From contig JAYWIR010000003.1 in the NCBI GenBank assembly GCA_036172245.1, forward strand, positions 2,480,001-2,544,000: a stretch of DNA of 64,000 nucleotides, in the 5' to 3' direction. The notes under the pieces were generated by a model. That model ran no database searches. It was not told where the DNA came from and was given only the letters and a program-made list of their open reading frames with translations. Below, piece after piece: positions 27,000 to 37,649 of this stretch. A program made the position numbers and the translations under genes. Numbering within the stretch: the first letter of the stretch is position 1; each line of letters begins with the position of its first letter. The DNA comes from Raillietiella orientalis. Lineage: Eukaryota.

Positions 27000-29400
27000 A
27001 AGCGCGCGGTAAATCACTTGGCTTCTCCGTGCGTTCCGGCGGGACTCGTCAGCGGAGCGAGGGAGGTCCTGCGAGAAAGCAGAGAGTAGGGAGGGGGGAG
27101 GAGGAGGAAGAAGGCGAGGAATCCCAGCTTTCCCGACGAGGAAGCGGGGGATACGGAAGGGCAGGAAGGACGTGGAGCAGAGGGAGCGAGTGAAGGAGGG
27201 TTGCCTCTTGCTTCCGGCTCGGTCCTGGAGGAGGAAGGGAGCGAGAGAGAAGGAGGTGAGCGCGCCGCTCCGCCCACGCCCACGCCACCCTCACGGAGAC
27301 CGGAGCTCCCTTACGCTCCCGCGGGAGCGAGGTCGGCAGAGCAGGGAGCGGAGGCAGAAGAGAAGCCCGGCGAGCGCTCAGCCAATGAGCTCACGGCGCG
27401 CGCTTGGGGTGAGATGGGCGCGCACTCGTTCCCTCTGGGGAACGCGCGCGCTTGGGGGAGAGTGGAGGGAAAAGGAAGGGAGGGCGAGCACCCTTCCCGG
27501 GCGCAGCCGCCTCAGTTCCAGGACGCGTCCGACTTCCCTCGTTCCTGGCAAAGAAATGAAGATGGAGAGGAAGAAAGAGGGAAGGGGGAGGAAGACCCCA
27601 TTTTATCCCTTCCCCGCTTTCCGTGGCCGCTCCTTCGGAAGCTCCTGGAGGCGAGCAGGCGGTCCGGTGACGTCATTCGCTCTAGTAGGAGGGACGCGGG
27701 GGCGGTGTCGCCTCCCCAGAGGGGTCCTCCATGGTCGCGGAAGGCTGCTGCCCGTTCACAGTCCGCAAGGAGAGGAAGGTTCGGAGGAGAGGAGCAGCCA
27801 CGAAAGTGGCGTCAGAGGAGACACCGAGCACCACATAGTCACGGAGACCTGTGGGAGCAGGGGAAAGCGCGCCAGCCCAGAGAGGGAAGCCTCAGGGCAA
27901 GGCGGCGGCTGAGGCGGAGGAAGAGTCAGAGTCTACCCAAGGCGTCGCCTCTCGCCCCTCGGAGTCCAAGGGGTCCGCGCAGCCCCACACACCCGAAGCC
28001 TCTCCGAGGGAGGAGGTGTCGTCGCAGGATGGCAGCGCCACCGTTGGGATCCCGTTCCCCTCCCCAGCTGACAATCCTGCTGACTTAGACCCCGGGGAAC
28101 CGGAGAACCCTTCCGGAAATGCGGGAGAAAGAAAGGGAGGCCCTCTCCCTTCCACCGTCTACGAGGGTTCTCCCTGGATAAGGGAAGGGGAGTCGACAAG
28201 GCGGCGTTCCCTCCCAATGTGCCCGGGACGCGAGGGCGCGCGGTTAGGCAGCCCCGCGAGGCGCGCGAGGGGGTGCGGCGGCGTCCGCGGCGACGCGGAC
28301 CCGGAGGCGAAGGAGGAGGTGCATCCTCGGTCCCCCGGTCGGATCCTCCCGCGATCCGGGCGAGGGATTGGGAGCGGCTGGGCGTCCCTTCTTGCGCGGC
28401 CCGTACTCGTCCCCGCCGTCTCCGCCGCCGGCGGGCGCGCCACGCCCGGCGGCAGCAGGAGTGGCCACGAAAACTGAAGAGGCGACTTACCCGGGGGTCG
28501 GGTCCAGGCGCGATCCTCCGAGAGCCTTCCCTTCCCGGGGGGCGCGCGATCCTTCTCTTCCACACTTCCCGCGGACTGAGGAGGCGACCCCGGACGCGGC
28601 GACGGAGGTCGTGCGGAGGTGAATGCCCCTTGCTGCTGTCCCAAGGGCGGTCGAGCCGACGGCGCGAGGGCGGCAGGGGGGCGACGCTTTTCCGGTGATC
28701 TTCCCAGAAAGGGAGGTCCTTCCTTCCGGGGGTGTCCTCGGGGGAAGTCGGGGTGGGGATGGGGGGCAGGCGGGGTCGGCGAGGAGACCTTCAGCCGGGA
28801 GACCCCGCGCGCATCACACGGGCGACCTGCGCGAGCGCGCGCACAGGTCAGCCTCCGCCTTCCACTCGGTGCGGGGCGGGGACTTAGCTGGCAGGAGCTT
28901 CCCGCCGGGCCGCGAGAGGGGGGCGCTTGGCTTCCGCCCTCCGGGGCTGCCGCTGGGAGACAGTGAGGGGGTCAAGGAGTGACGGGCGTTCCTTCGTGCC
29001 GGAGTCCTCCGCGCTCGCGTCCGCTTCCCGGTGGTGCCCCACGACCTCTTCGCCGCGCTCCGATCTTCGTCGGCGTACCCGGCGCTGCTGCTGCTGCGCC
29101 GCGGCGGCCGGCCCGCTCCCAGCCCGCAAACTCCGCAGCCGCGCGCTCGCGGTCACGTGACGAGCCCTTGCCAACCAATCGCAGCTCCCGCCTTTCCCCT
29201 CGCGGGGGCTGCCGCCCGATTCGCCTGCCGCCGCCAGAGGCGCCACGGTAGGACGAGGAGCGGAGAGTGTGGGGGAGGAGGCATGGGTCCCGCGCGCGCC
29301 TCCAGTGATCTCCTGCACCAGCCACGGGAGGGCTTCCGGACGGATGGCGGCGGCGCAGAGCGGCTTGCTTTGCCTTCTGAAATCGCGACATTTCACAAGG
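27000..29400 (+). mobile_element. Fossil CR1-like ORF2, copy K (end of endonuclease, linker and RT)
   Basis: ORF 27201: RAQPPQFQD (RADFGLFRD), PWPLLRKLLEA (SWLLFKExLLxA), RGPPW (RRPAW), GDLWEQG (YDLWKKG). ORF 27851: VHPRSPGRILPR..LLARPV (VHKSMGPDGIHPR..IARPL). VPHDLFAAL at 29031 (VPHxILxxKL). Confidence 0.65.
28850..29200. promoter_or_regulatory. CpG-island-type motif cluster (GC box, ETS-like, USF/CLEAR E-box, CCAAT)
   Basis: ggggcgggg ~28873, gcttccgcc ~28930, palindrome GTCACGTGAC 29152-29161, ccaatc ~29175. It lies inside a CR1 relic and function is untested. Confidence 0.35.
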
Positions 29401-29820
29401 ACCCAGGACCAAGGATGAACGGGAAGCTGAGGACGATGGGGAGGAAGGAACCGAAGAACACGGATGCGGCGGCGGTAACGAGAAAGTCCGGGCGAAGGAT
29501 GGGGGTGGCGACGATATGGAAGGCAAAGAAGAAAGGGAGGAAATGGGGAAGATCAAGAAGGGGGGAAAGGGAGAAAGAAAAGGTGGATAGAAAGAAGAAA
29601 GCAAGCGGAGACGGGGAGAGAAGAGGAGGGAAACAGGAGAAAGATGACAAAAAAGGGAGAGGGAAGTGGAGAAAAGAAGGAGGAAGAGGAGGAAAGTCGG
29701 AGGAGAAGGAGGAGGAGGAAGATAAGAGAGGGAAAAGGAAACGGAGAAGGGAAAGATGAAGAGGAGGAGAAACGAAGGAGAAGGAAGAAGAGGAGTAGGA
29801 GGAAGGGAGGGGAAGAGCGA
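29400..29820 (+). repeat. Purine-rich degenerate (GAG/GAA)n block
   Basis: Almost pure GA tract between CR1 copies K and L. Confidence 0.85.
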
Positions 29821-29849
29821 GGCAGTCTGCTCGAGCTGGGAAAACGCCA

Positions 29850-31070
29850 TCTCCAGTGGCAGTGCTACCCTGTCCTCTGAAGCAGCCGAAAAAAAAGGGG
29901 CGCTCTGCACTTCCTTCCGTCCGAGGAGTTTGAGGAATGCTGCGAGCCTTTGTCTCCCTTTTGAGTGCCCCGCTGTGCCACTCCTGAGGAATGGGAACGA
30001 AGGAGAAGGATGAAGTCAAAGGAAGGGGGTCGCATTCCATCCGATTCCTCCCGCAAAACGACACCCTATCCCTCCATCCTCACGCAGCAGCCTCGGGAAG
30101 GGGAGGGGGAAATCTCTCCGCGAGAACGGACGCCTAGGCAATCGCCCTTCTTTCCGCTTCTTCTCCTCCAACCCCTCTCCTTTTTCAGAGGAGCAGGACA
30201 AGCCTCTCAACGCCCGGGAGACGCTTCGCTCGAGGGCGCGGGGGCGGCTGACTCCCGCACGCGTCACGCTGGTTGGGAGAGGCCGTTGACTCGCCCGCGG
30301 CTTCAGGTTTCCAGGCGACCGGATGGCAGGTCCCTGGAATCCATAGCGACACTCTACTTGGAAGGTCGACGTGAAGACGTGAAGGGGAAATGGCAGTCGG
30401 CCGGACGGGCTGCCGCGAGTCCATCTCTTCGTTGCCCTAGGCAACCGCCTTCCCGCTCCCGGTGCATGCGTAGGGAAGGAGTTGATGCCACCATAACCAC
30501 AGTGGCGCATGCCACTGTCACTCCCCGTTCCTCTTCCTCGGTTCCCGTATCTCTTCCTGCTCCTCCTTGTTCCCGTGCTCGTCCTGCGCTCAGGCGCCGC
30601 TCTCGGCCGTCAAGGCACCACCACTGCCGCAATGCAAGCGGCGAGCTTCTTCGGGACTCGCTTGCTCCTCTACGGAGAGTGGGAGAGGAAGAGGGCTAAC
30701 AGAAGCAACGGCGTTTGCCCCTTCTGGCTACTGGAGGGAAGCTTCCCCCCCATCCACACGGAAGGGAGGGCTGGGGAATAGCGGAAGTGGGACGCACGCA
30801 TTGGGGGTGGGGGGGTGGTTGGTAATTTTTCTTGCAGGAGAGGACTGGAGCTTACTGTTCCGGGAGCGGGAAACGAGGGAGTGGATAGCCCCTGCGGGAA
30901 GGAGGGAGGCGCAGAGCGCAGGAGTCGATTGCTCCTGGCAACGGGAGATTGCTTGGCCTCCGCCTCGCTCCGGGAGCTCATCTCGCGAGAGGAACCGGGA
31001 TGCTTCCTGCCGCAGACCGATCCGAGAAAGCGCGTAGTTCCCCTGCCGCCGATTTCGGAGCTGCTGCAGG

Positions 31071-31101
<31 letters not shown>

Positions 31102-31300
31102 CGTCCGCGTGGCCATAGAAACGCAGTTTCCGTCTCTGGAGAATAAACGGATTCCCGGAGAAGATCGGAGCTGCACGACGGGCTGATCGTCAGAGGGAAG
31201 GGACTGAAAGGGTGTTCGGGACGCGTCTCTCGCATTCAGCCCTCTTCCCGCACCTTCCCCTCGCATCTCCCGCCCACGAACTCCCGCTTCCCCCATCTCT
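29850..31300 (+). mobile_element. Fossil CR1-like ORF2, copy L (RT N-terminal half)
   Basis: AEKKGALCTSF (EKAEVLNxFF, ORF 29756); QATGWQVPG ~30312 (WxTGEVP); IATLYLEGRREDVKGKWQ (VTPIFKKGRKEDPGNYR, ORF 29965); SRHH..LLLYGE (SQHG..ISFYD). The 3' boundary is uncertain. Confidence 0.6.
31077..31101. repeat. (GA)n microsatellite
   Basis: Seen directly. Confidence 0.95.
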
Positions 31301-33299
31301 GTACGGAAAGAACAGAAAGAAAAAAAAAAAAAAAAAGGGAGGTAGGGAAGGTGGGAGAGCCCCGTGTTTTAAGCACCCGCTCATCACAACCCGTCCACGA
31401 GCCAGCGGCGCTGCTGCCTCTCCTTGGAAGTGTTTGGAGGGAGGCACCTCTCCGCTGATCGGAGGCTGAGGATTTGATCCGCGCGAGGGGAGGAGGTCGG
31501 AGAAGATGAGAGGAGATCCTTCTGTGAGATGCGCGCGCGCCGCCGCTGCCGCCGCCGTCCCTCTTCCCGTCCTTCCTTGCCGGCGCGATTGAGAGGGAGG
31601 GAAGGGAGCTGGAATTGGGGGAATACGATGAAGGATTTATCCCGGAGCAGATATTTCCCCCCCCCTCTTCCTTCCTCCTCCTCCTCCTTCAGGAAAGCAT
31701 CCTCTCTCATGATCAATCACCCCGAGGGATCATAATCTATAGACGGTTGCGCGCGTAAGCTGGAGTTATGCTCCGGCGTCTCCGCGGCGAACCGATCCGG
31801 AAGCATCTAGTAATCCTTCATCCAAGAAAACGTTGCCACGGTAATCATCCATATTGGTTTTTCCCGCGGAAGATGCAGAGGGTTTTTCCGGAAGCGTAAA
31901 TCACTCAGACGCATGACGTCCCCGCGCTTAAGACTACTCATCCCGAAATTAATTTCATTTGCCGCCATCCCCGGTCCCAAGATGGATGGAAACGCGTCCC
32001 GGTACCCGGAGAGCTTTCCTCTGCATCCCCGGGGGAAGAGCGGCGCAAGTCGTTCGCCCGCGGCGGTGGTGGCAACGCAGCGGGGAGCGACGGGAGGGAT
32101 GGAGGGTCACGATGGCCTCCCCGAACCGGCGGTCAGGCATAGGAACGAGAAGAAGGAGGACTGTGACCTCCCTTGGAGCGCCGCCTTGCGCCAACCCCCG
32201 AGCCGCCCTGATTCTCCGGCCAGCGTACCCTTCATTTGGGAAAGTCGACTGTCCTGACCCTACCCTTGTCCGCATTCCGGGCCTTTAGATCAGGGACAGG
32301 GAAGCGGAGTGGGCGCCTGCCCAGAGGGATGAGGGCAAACGCGACCGCATCTCTCATGTACTTCCGCGGCCGCCTGGCAACGAATCCGGACCTATCCCAG
32401 GACAATCAGACATTAGCCAACAGGGATGCCCCCGAAAACAAGCTCTGCCTGAGGATCTCTTGGTCCCAGGAGGCGTGTCGACTGTGTCGTACATGCATAC
32501 GCCACGGAAGAGAGACGATATCGCTTAAGGATTCATCTTGGCCAAGGTCAAACCAGGTCGACAGAAGCAAGGAAAGAGCTCGCAGATCCTGCATCCGCCT
32601 CGACCCCAACGGACCCCACAACGCCGGACATCGACAGTTCAGTAAGGAGAAAAAGAAAAAAAAATCCGTGCTGCCCAGCGGCTACATGTCAACAAGACAT
32701 CGAACTTCTCGTGTCTCCGGGAACTCTTTGCTTCTGTGGAGCTCCCACGAAAACGTGCTTCACCGCTTCGCCGAGGACTCTACCGACTGCCCCCTGTCCG
32801 TGCATTGAGCCACCCCTCGAACTGTCCACGAGACGGGAGATGAACGCACCATTCCTCCTCCTTTCGCGTCCGCTGGCCGAAGATGGCCTGAGGCCACTCA
32901 CCGTGCTGCAAAGAGTGGTCTCTCCGGAGGTGTCTCGTCCGTCCGGTTTTCTTTTGTGTCTTTTTTTCCCTCCTCCCGCGACCGCCTACGCCCTCGCTCG
33001 AAGTGGGCGCGGTCGCAGACAAAAGGAATGCACCCGGGGTTCGGGCGAGAGCAGACCGGCTGACCAGGTGTGTCGCGAAGAGGCAAGCGGTGGCCGACGT
33101 CGACCAGCGCACTTGCTCGGCTTTCCCCAGCGCTCCTGACTGTGGCATGCGTTGCAGAAGTTGCACTGCTTGGAGATCGTGGACGAGCGGTGGGCGGGAG
33201 TCTGCGGACAGCGCCCCACAATGCCGAACAGAGCCAACGCGGGGCAGCAGCCGAAAACCGGAGCGCAGGTCTCCTTCCTAGAGATCAACTGCAGCCGCT

Positions 33300-33780
33300 C
33301 TGCGGTCATTCTCTTGTCACTCTGTCGCCCTCCTTTCCGACGTCTTCCTTTTCCTCTTCATCCTTTTCCATTCCTTCTTCCTGTTATTCTTTTAGCACTG
33401 CATCCCTCTTCGTACACCAGATCCGTCTCGTCGTCCTCATGCTTCTCTCTTGCTTTAGCCTCATTCTTTCGCATTCTTCTCGATGTTCTGCTTCACGTCC
33501 TCTTCATCCGCGACTTCATCTTCCTCGCCTTTGCTCCTTTTGCATCTTGCGCATCCTCCTTCACGCTCTGCAACATGTCCTCGTTCACGTTGAGATGGCG
33601 GCCATCGTCACCTTCTTCGTCCTCTTTCTCCTCTTCCTGCTCTCTCTTCTTTTGCACCGTATCCCTCTTCCTGAGCTACATCTTCTTTATCCAAATTCCC
33701 ATCCTCATCGTTCCACCTCCTTCCTCCCTTTGTCTTTTTTTTCGAGAAAAAGCTGACAACAAGGAAGAAGAAAAGTAGCT
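33300..33780 (-). repeat. Acidic tandem-repeat family member (inverted)
   Basis: The minus strand reads EEEKEDEEGDDGRH..EDEVADEEDV.. with frameshifts. Homologous to 35700-36530, e.g. gtcgcggatgaagaggacgtg vs gtcacgcatgaagaggacgtg. Confidence 0.8.
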
Positions 33781-34129
33781 TGATCTTTAAGCAGGACAAG
33801 CGCTCGCGTTTCCTCGCCAGACTCCAATTCTCTCCTCCAGGAGAGAGCCACCGGGGCGCGCGCACCTCGGCGTCAATCGGCAAACCCGCAGTCCTCCTCT
33901 ATCAGGGCCGCGGGCAAAGAGGCCTTGCCTGAGGCTACGCAGGAGCCGCGACCTTGCGCTCCGCTGCGCCCTCTTCTCTTCCTCCTCCCAGTCCGCCTCC
34001 ATTCGGCGATCCTGAAGGGAGAAACTTTGGGAAGGCCTGAAATTCCCGCTCAGCTGGTACTCTTCCCGAGAAGCTCTCAGGAAGCCGCAAACTCGAGAAA
34101 AGTGGAGAAGAATGAAGGGAAACGAAGTG

Positions 34130-34340
34130 ACAACCGCGTGCGTCCCCTGTCCTCGTCTTACCCCTTTTTCGCCTACTACTACGTCTCGCTCGTGCTTTTC
34201 CTCTCAATTCACATCATCTTCCGCATCCTCTTCCTCGTCCTGCACCATCTCGCTTCCATCCACGACCTCATCTTCGTCGTTATGGCGATCATCGTTGCCT
34301 TCTTCGTTTTTCTCGTTTCCTTCCCATTCTTTCGCATTTA
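34130..34340 (-). repeat. Acidic tandem-repeat family member (inverted)
   Basis: The minus strand reads NAKEWEGNEKNEEGNDDRHNDEDEVVDGSEMVQDEEEDA. 34222-34246 is the exact reverse complement of 36066-36090 (25 nt). Confidence 0.85.
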
Positions 34341-34599
34341 GTCCCTGCCTCCTATCCTCGCTCGTCCCGCTCCCCCCATCCGCGGAAGAACCGCGTTGTT
34401 TCCCGGTGTTTCAATGTTGCAAATTGGTGATTTTATCGTGAAGATTAGCAGAGCGCTCGCTTGCAATTTATGGCGACGTTAACGCCGCCGTTGGTACACT
34501 GCGGAGCGCGGTCGTTATGCTGGAAGCGGGAGCAGGCGGACGGACTGCTCCGCACGTCTTCACCAAGGTAGCCTCTGCCTCCGCCACCTAGCTGGAGGG

Positions 34600-35420
34600 C
34601 CGCTCCGCCCCGTGACGAGGTGCGCACGCGGGAGCCCGGCTGGGGACGCGAAAATGCGGCCCACAGCCTCCCGAATGCGACCCCGTTGACTGGAAGTTTC
34701 CCGCGAACCCCCCTCCGTTCGCCCTCCCTTCATCTCCGTCTCCTCTTTTTTTTTTTTTTTATGTTTATCTCCGACCAGGCGACCTCGCGGACGGCACCGG
34801 AGGGGGAGAGAGGAGCAGGAAACAAACAAAAACAAAAAACACGAGAGAAGCAAGATGGCGGCCGCCCGCTGATCCCGGCGGAGCTTGCGCGCTCGAGAGA
34901 GGCAAGGAGCGAGCGAGCGAGAGAGGAGGGAGGTGGAGCGCCACGTGACGCGCCTCTTCCGCAGGCGAGCGCGGGCGCTCCTCGCGGCCCTTAAATCACG
35001 GTTGACACGGAGCCTTCCGCGGAGGGCGTCGTAGCTCCCCGAGCAGCGCGCAGCTCTTCGGCAGGCAGAAGAGGAGCGGAGAGGCTGGGGAGAGGAGGAG
35101 GAGGAGGAAACGAAAAAAAAAAAAATAAAATAAAGGGGCCCCTCTGCTCGGGATGTGCTGCAACCTTATCGATTTATTTCCAGGATGCTGTTCCCACGAA
35201 TTCCTCCGCGTACCCGCGGAAATAAGACGTCAGCTTAATTTATGGGCACGCACGCGTGACGTGTTGTGAATGGCCACCACGCTCTCCTTCGTCCGCGTCC
35301 GCAGCTCCTCAGAGATGCGCCGGACGAAGATTTACGTCCGCCGGAATTATGAATGCCACGCCCATAAATTATCCTCAGCGTGCCGAAAACGCAAGAAAAC
35401 AATAATTTACGTTGCTCCGA
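34600..35420. promoter_or_regulatory. Promoter-like module at the junction of copies M and N (GC box, YY1, E-box, paired TAATTTATGG sites)
   Basis: ctccgccc ~34603; CAAGATGGCGGC 34851-34862 (YY1 consensus); gccacgtgac ~34940; 12-bp inverted pair taatttatgggc 35236-35247 / gcccataaatta 35360-35371. Confidence 0.4.
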
Positions 35421-37500
35421 GAATGGTTCACCAAGTGGTGCTGCTGGTCCTCTGGAAGAGCGTCCAGCGACGGAGGAGGAGCGGAGCTGCCCTACCGGTG
35501 GGCCGCGACCGCTCCCGAGCGCACGCGCGCGGGAGCGGCGCGCTCGTTACAGACCGACCCTTCGTGCCGCAGCGCCTCCGGAAACCGAACTGCCTCGGGG
35601 CGAGTGAGCAGCACCTCCCTCTTCGCCTTCTCGCTCGGGGGGATCCCGAGAGCGAGCCCAGCAACCGCGTCGCTCGAGGAGGACGGGGGGAAGGAGGAAT
35701 ACAAGAGGCCGCAGAAGACTGAAGAGGGATGGGAGCAGGGGAGTGGAACCAGGTGAGCAAGAGTGTGGCGAGGAGGTGGAAAGAGAGGGCAGGAGAAAGG
35801 AGAACGACAAGTGTGAGGACTTGGATGAAGTGGACGTGGTCGAGAAAGTGGAGGAGGACGCGAATGAAGAGAAGGAAGGAAAGGTGGACGAGGAAGGTGA
35901 CGATAAACACCATCACGGCGTGTGCGAGTACACGGATGAACATGACGTGATGTAGGACATGGGAGGCGATTCGAAAGAAGTGGGAAAGTGGATGCAGAGC
36001 GACCAGGAAGCTGACGACGGCCGTCGTCAGCTAGGCGAGGATCGGATCATGGATTTAGAGGATACGGTGCAGGACGAGGAAGAGGATGCGAAAGTTGAAG
36101 AGGGAGCCAACAAGATGGACGAGGAGGATGAGAAGATGACGAGAATTGCCAATACGAAAGAGCCATGGAGGAGACAAGGTGGTGCAGGATGAGGAACAGA
36201 ACGCAGAAGATGAGGGGGAAGGCAAGGAGAAGGACGAGGAGCACGAATGAAGCAACGATGACGTCACGCATGAAGAGGACGTGGTGGAGTGGAGGGCGAT
36301 GCGTGGAAGAGGATGTAACAGATGAGGAGGAAGCAAAAGAGAAGGACGAGCAGGACGAGGAAGGTGATGAGGATTATCAGCATGACGAGGATGAGCCCGT
36401 GTATCGAGACGAGGTGGTGAAGGGAGAGCACGAGGGTACGGAGGAAGAGTACGAAGGAAAGGAGGAGGATAGAAAGGAAGAGAAAGATAACGATGGACGT
36501 GTTGCGAATTGCAGGAGAGAAGGAGGAAGGTCAGGAAGCGCTAGTTAGAAGGGTAGGCGGGATACGGCAACAAGACGGGAAATGCTTGCTTAATTCCAAG
36601 CTCGGTCCATATTGCTCTTCCTCTCTCTGGTGATCCCAGAAGTGATTTGCGAACAAGCGGCGGGTCGGGCGGCTTTCAGCGCCCGTGGACCTCTTCGGTG
36701 AGGGAGAATTTCTACCTGCCTTGTACGCCGGGAAGCGGGGGGGATTTATGGCGTGAACTCTCCCGGGATGAAGCCGCGGGAGTGGAGGAGTCAATTAAAT
36801 TGATCCGGGAGGCAGGAAACTCTCGGATTCGTTCCTTCCTCCCCGTGGGATCTCAGGGCATGGGAAGAAGAAATGGCATTCCTCTCACCCCCACCCCGAT
36901 GCCGTCGCTTCCCGCAGAGCAACCACGCCACCCCTCCAGGGAAGGGAAGGTTCTCGCGGCTCCACCTCACTGGATGCTCGCGGCAGATACCGTCTCCGGG
37001 AGCGTCCCGGCCTCTTGGATGAGTCTCTTTCGTCTGAAAGGCCACTCCGGTGGGAAAAGCGTTCTTCCCCCTTTCCTCTTCCTTCCCGTCTTCCTTTTCC
37101 TGCTTTCCTTCCTTTTTTTTTTTTTTTTTCTTCTACTTTTTCTTCCTCCCTGCCTCGCCCGCTTCCTCCCACAATGACGGATTGGGTAAAAGGGGAAGTG
37201 GGCCTGAAATAATTGGAGCGCTCCGCGGATTCTGGGAAGGCGGTGGGGACCTCTGGGAGATGCGGCGCCCTGCTCGGGTTCCTCTCTCCCGTTCGTTCTC
37301 AGGGAAACGCGCAGGAATAAAAACGGCGCCCGGCTTCCGCATCCGCCATCCGAGGGATCCTTCCTCAGGAACCGAGAAACGACGCGGGTCGAGACCAATC
37401 GGAAGCGGTTGCCTCGGAAACGGGAAACTTGATTGCCTCACTCTATTGCTTTCATTGTATAGAACTTCCCTAGAAGGTTTTTTTCTTGCTCCCCCTTCCT
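35150..37500 (+). mobile_element. Fossil CR1-like ORF2, copy N (endonuclease and linker), split by the acidic repeat
   Basis: LSFVR..PFVPQ..LLARGDP (ALYV..AFYxQ..LVLMGDF, ORF 35270). After the insert: SVRENF..DLWRE (CVEDNF..DLLL, ORF 36647); cactggatgctcgcggcagat (LDFRRAD); TDWVKGE (PAWLNRE); GFWEGGGDLWE (LWKKGQATWE). Confidence 0.6.
35700..36530 (+). repeat. Acidic, His-containing tandem repeat; about 6 degenerate units of ~111-117 bp
   Basis: Unit starts gatgaagtggacgtg 35824, gatgaacatgacgtg 35935, gatttagaggatacg 36052; gtgcagga recurs at 36067 and 36182. Translation: DEVDVVEKVEEDANEE..DEEGDDKHH / DLEDTVQDEEEDAK.., broken by stops and frameshifts. Confidence 0.85.
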
Positions 37501-37649
37501 TCCACGGAGCGCCTTGCGCCGGAAGGAAGAGGGCGGCGAATCGATGGGGGGAGGAGGGAGGAGGGCGCGCCGCGATGACGCGCGCTCTCTCTCCTCGGAG
37601 CCCTGAGAAGGGGTCTCCCTAGCGACCGCTTCGATTCGAAACGGGAAGA

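Larger units (their letters stand above)
31600..34900 (+). mobile_element. Fossil CR1-like ORF2, copy M (RT to C-terminal region), interrupted twice by the acidic repeat
   Basis: PDSPASVPFIWES (ADVIARPLSIIFE, ORF 31913); ccagagggatga..RANATA ~32321 (PEDWxxANVTP); GFIL..RS ~32529; SHENVL (SHxIL); AEDGL..LQRVV (ENWL..QRVV, ORF 32711); DERWAGV (DTKLxG); RSRDLA ~33940 (ERDLG). Confidence 0.6.
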
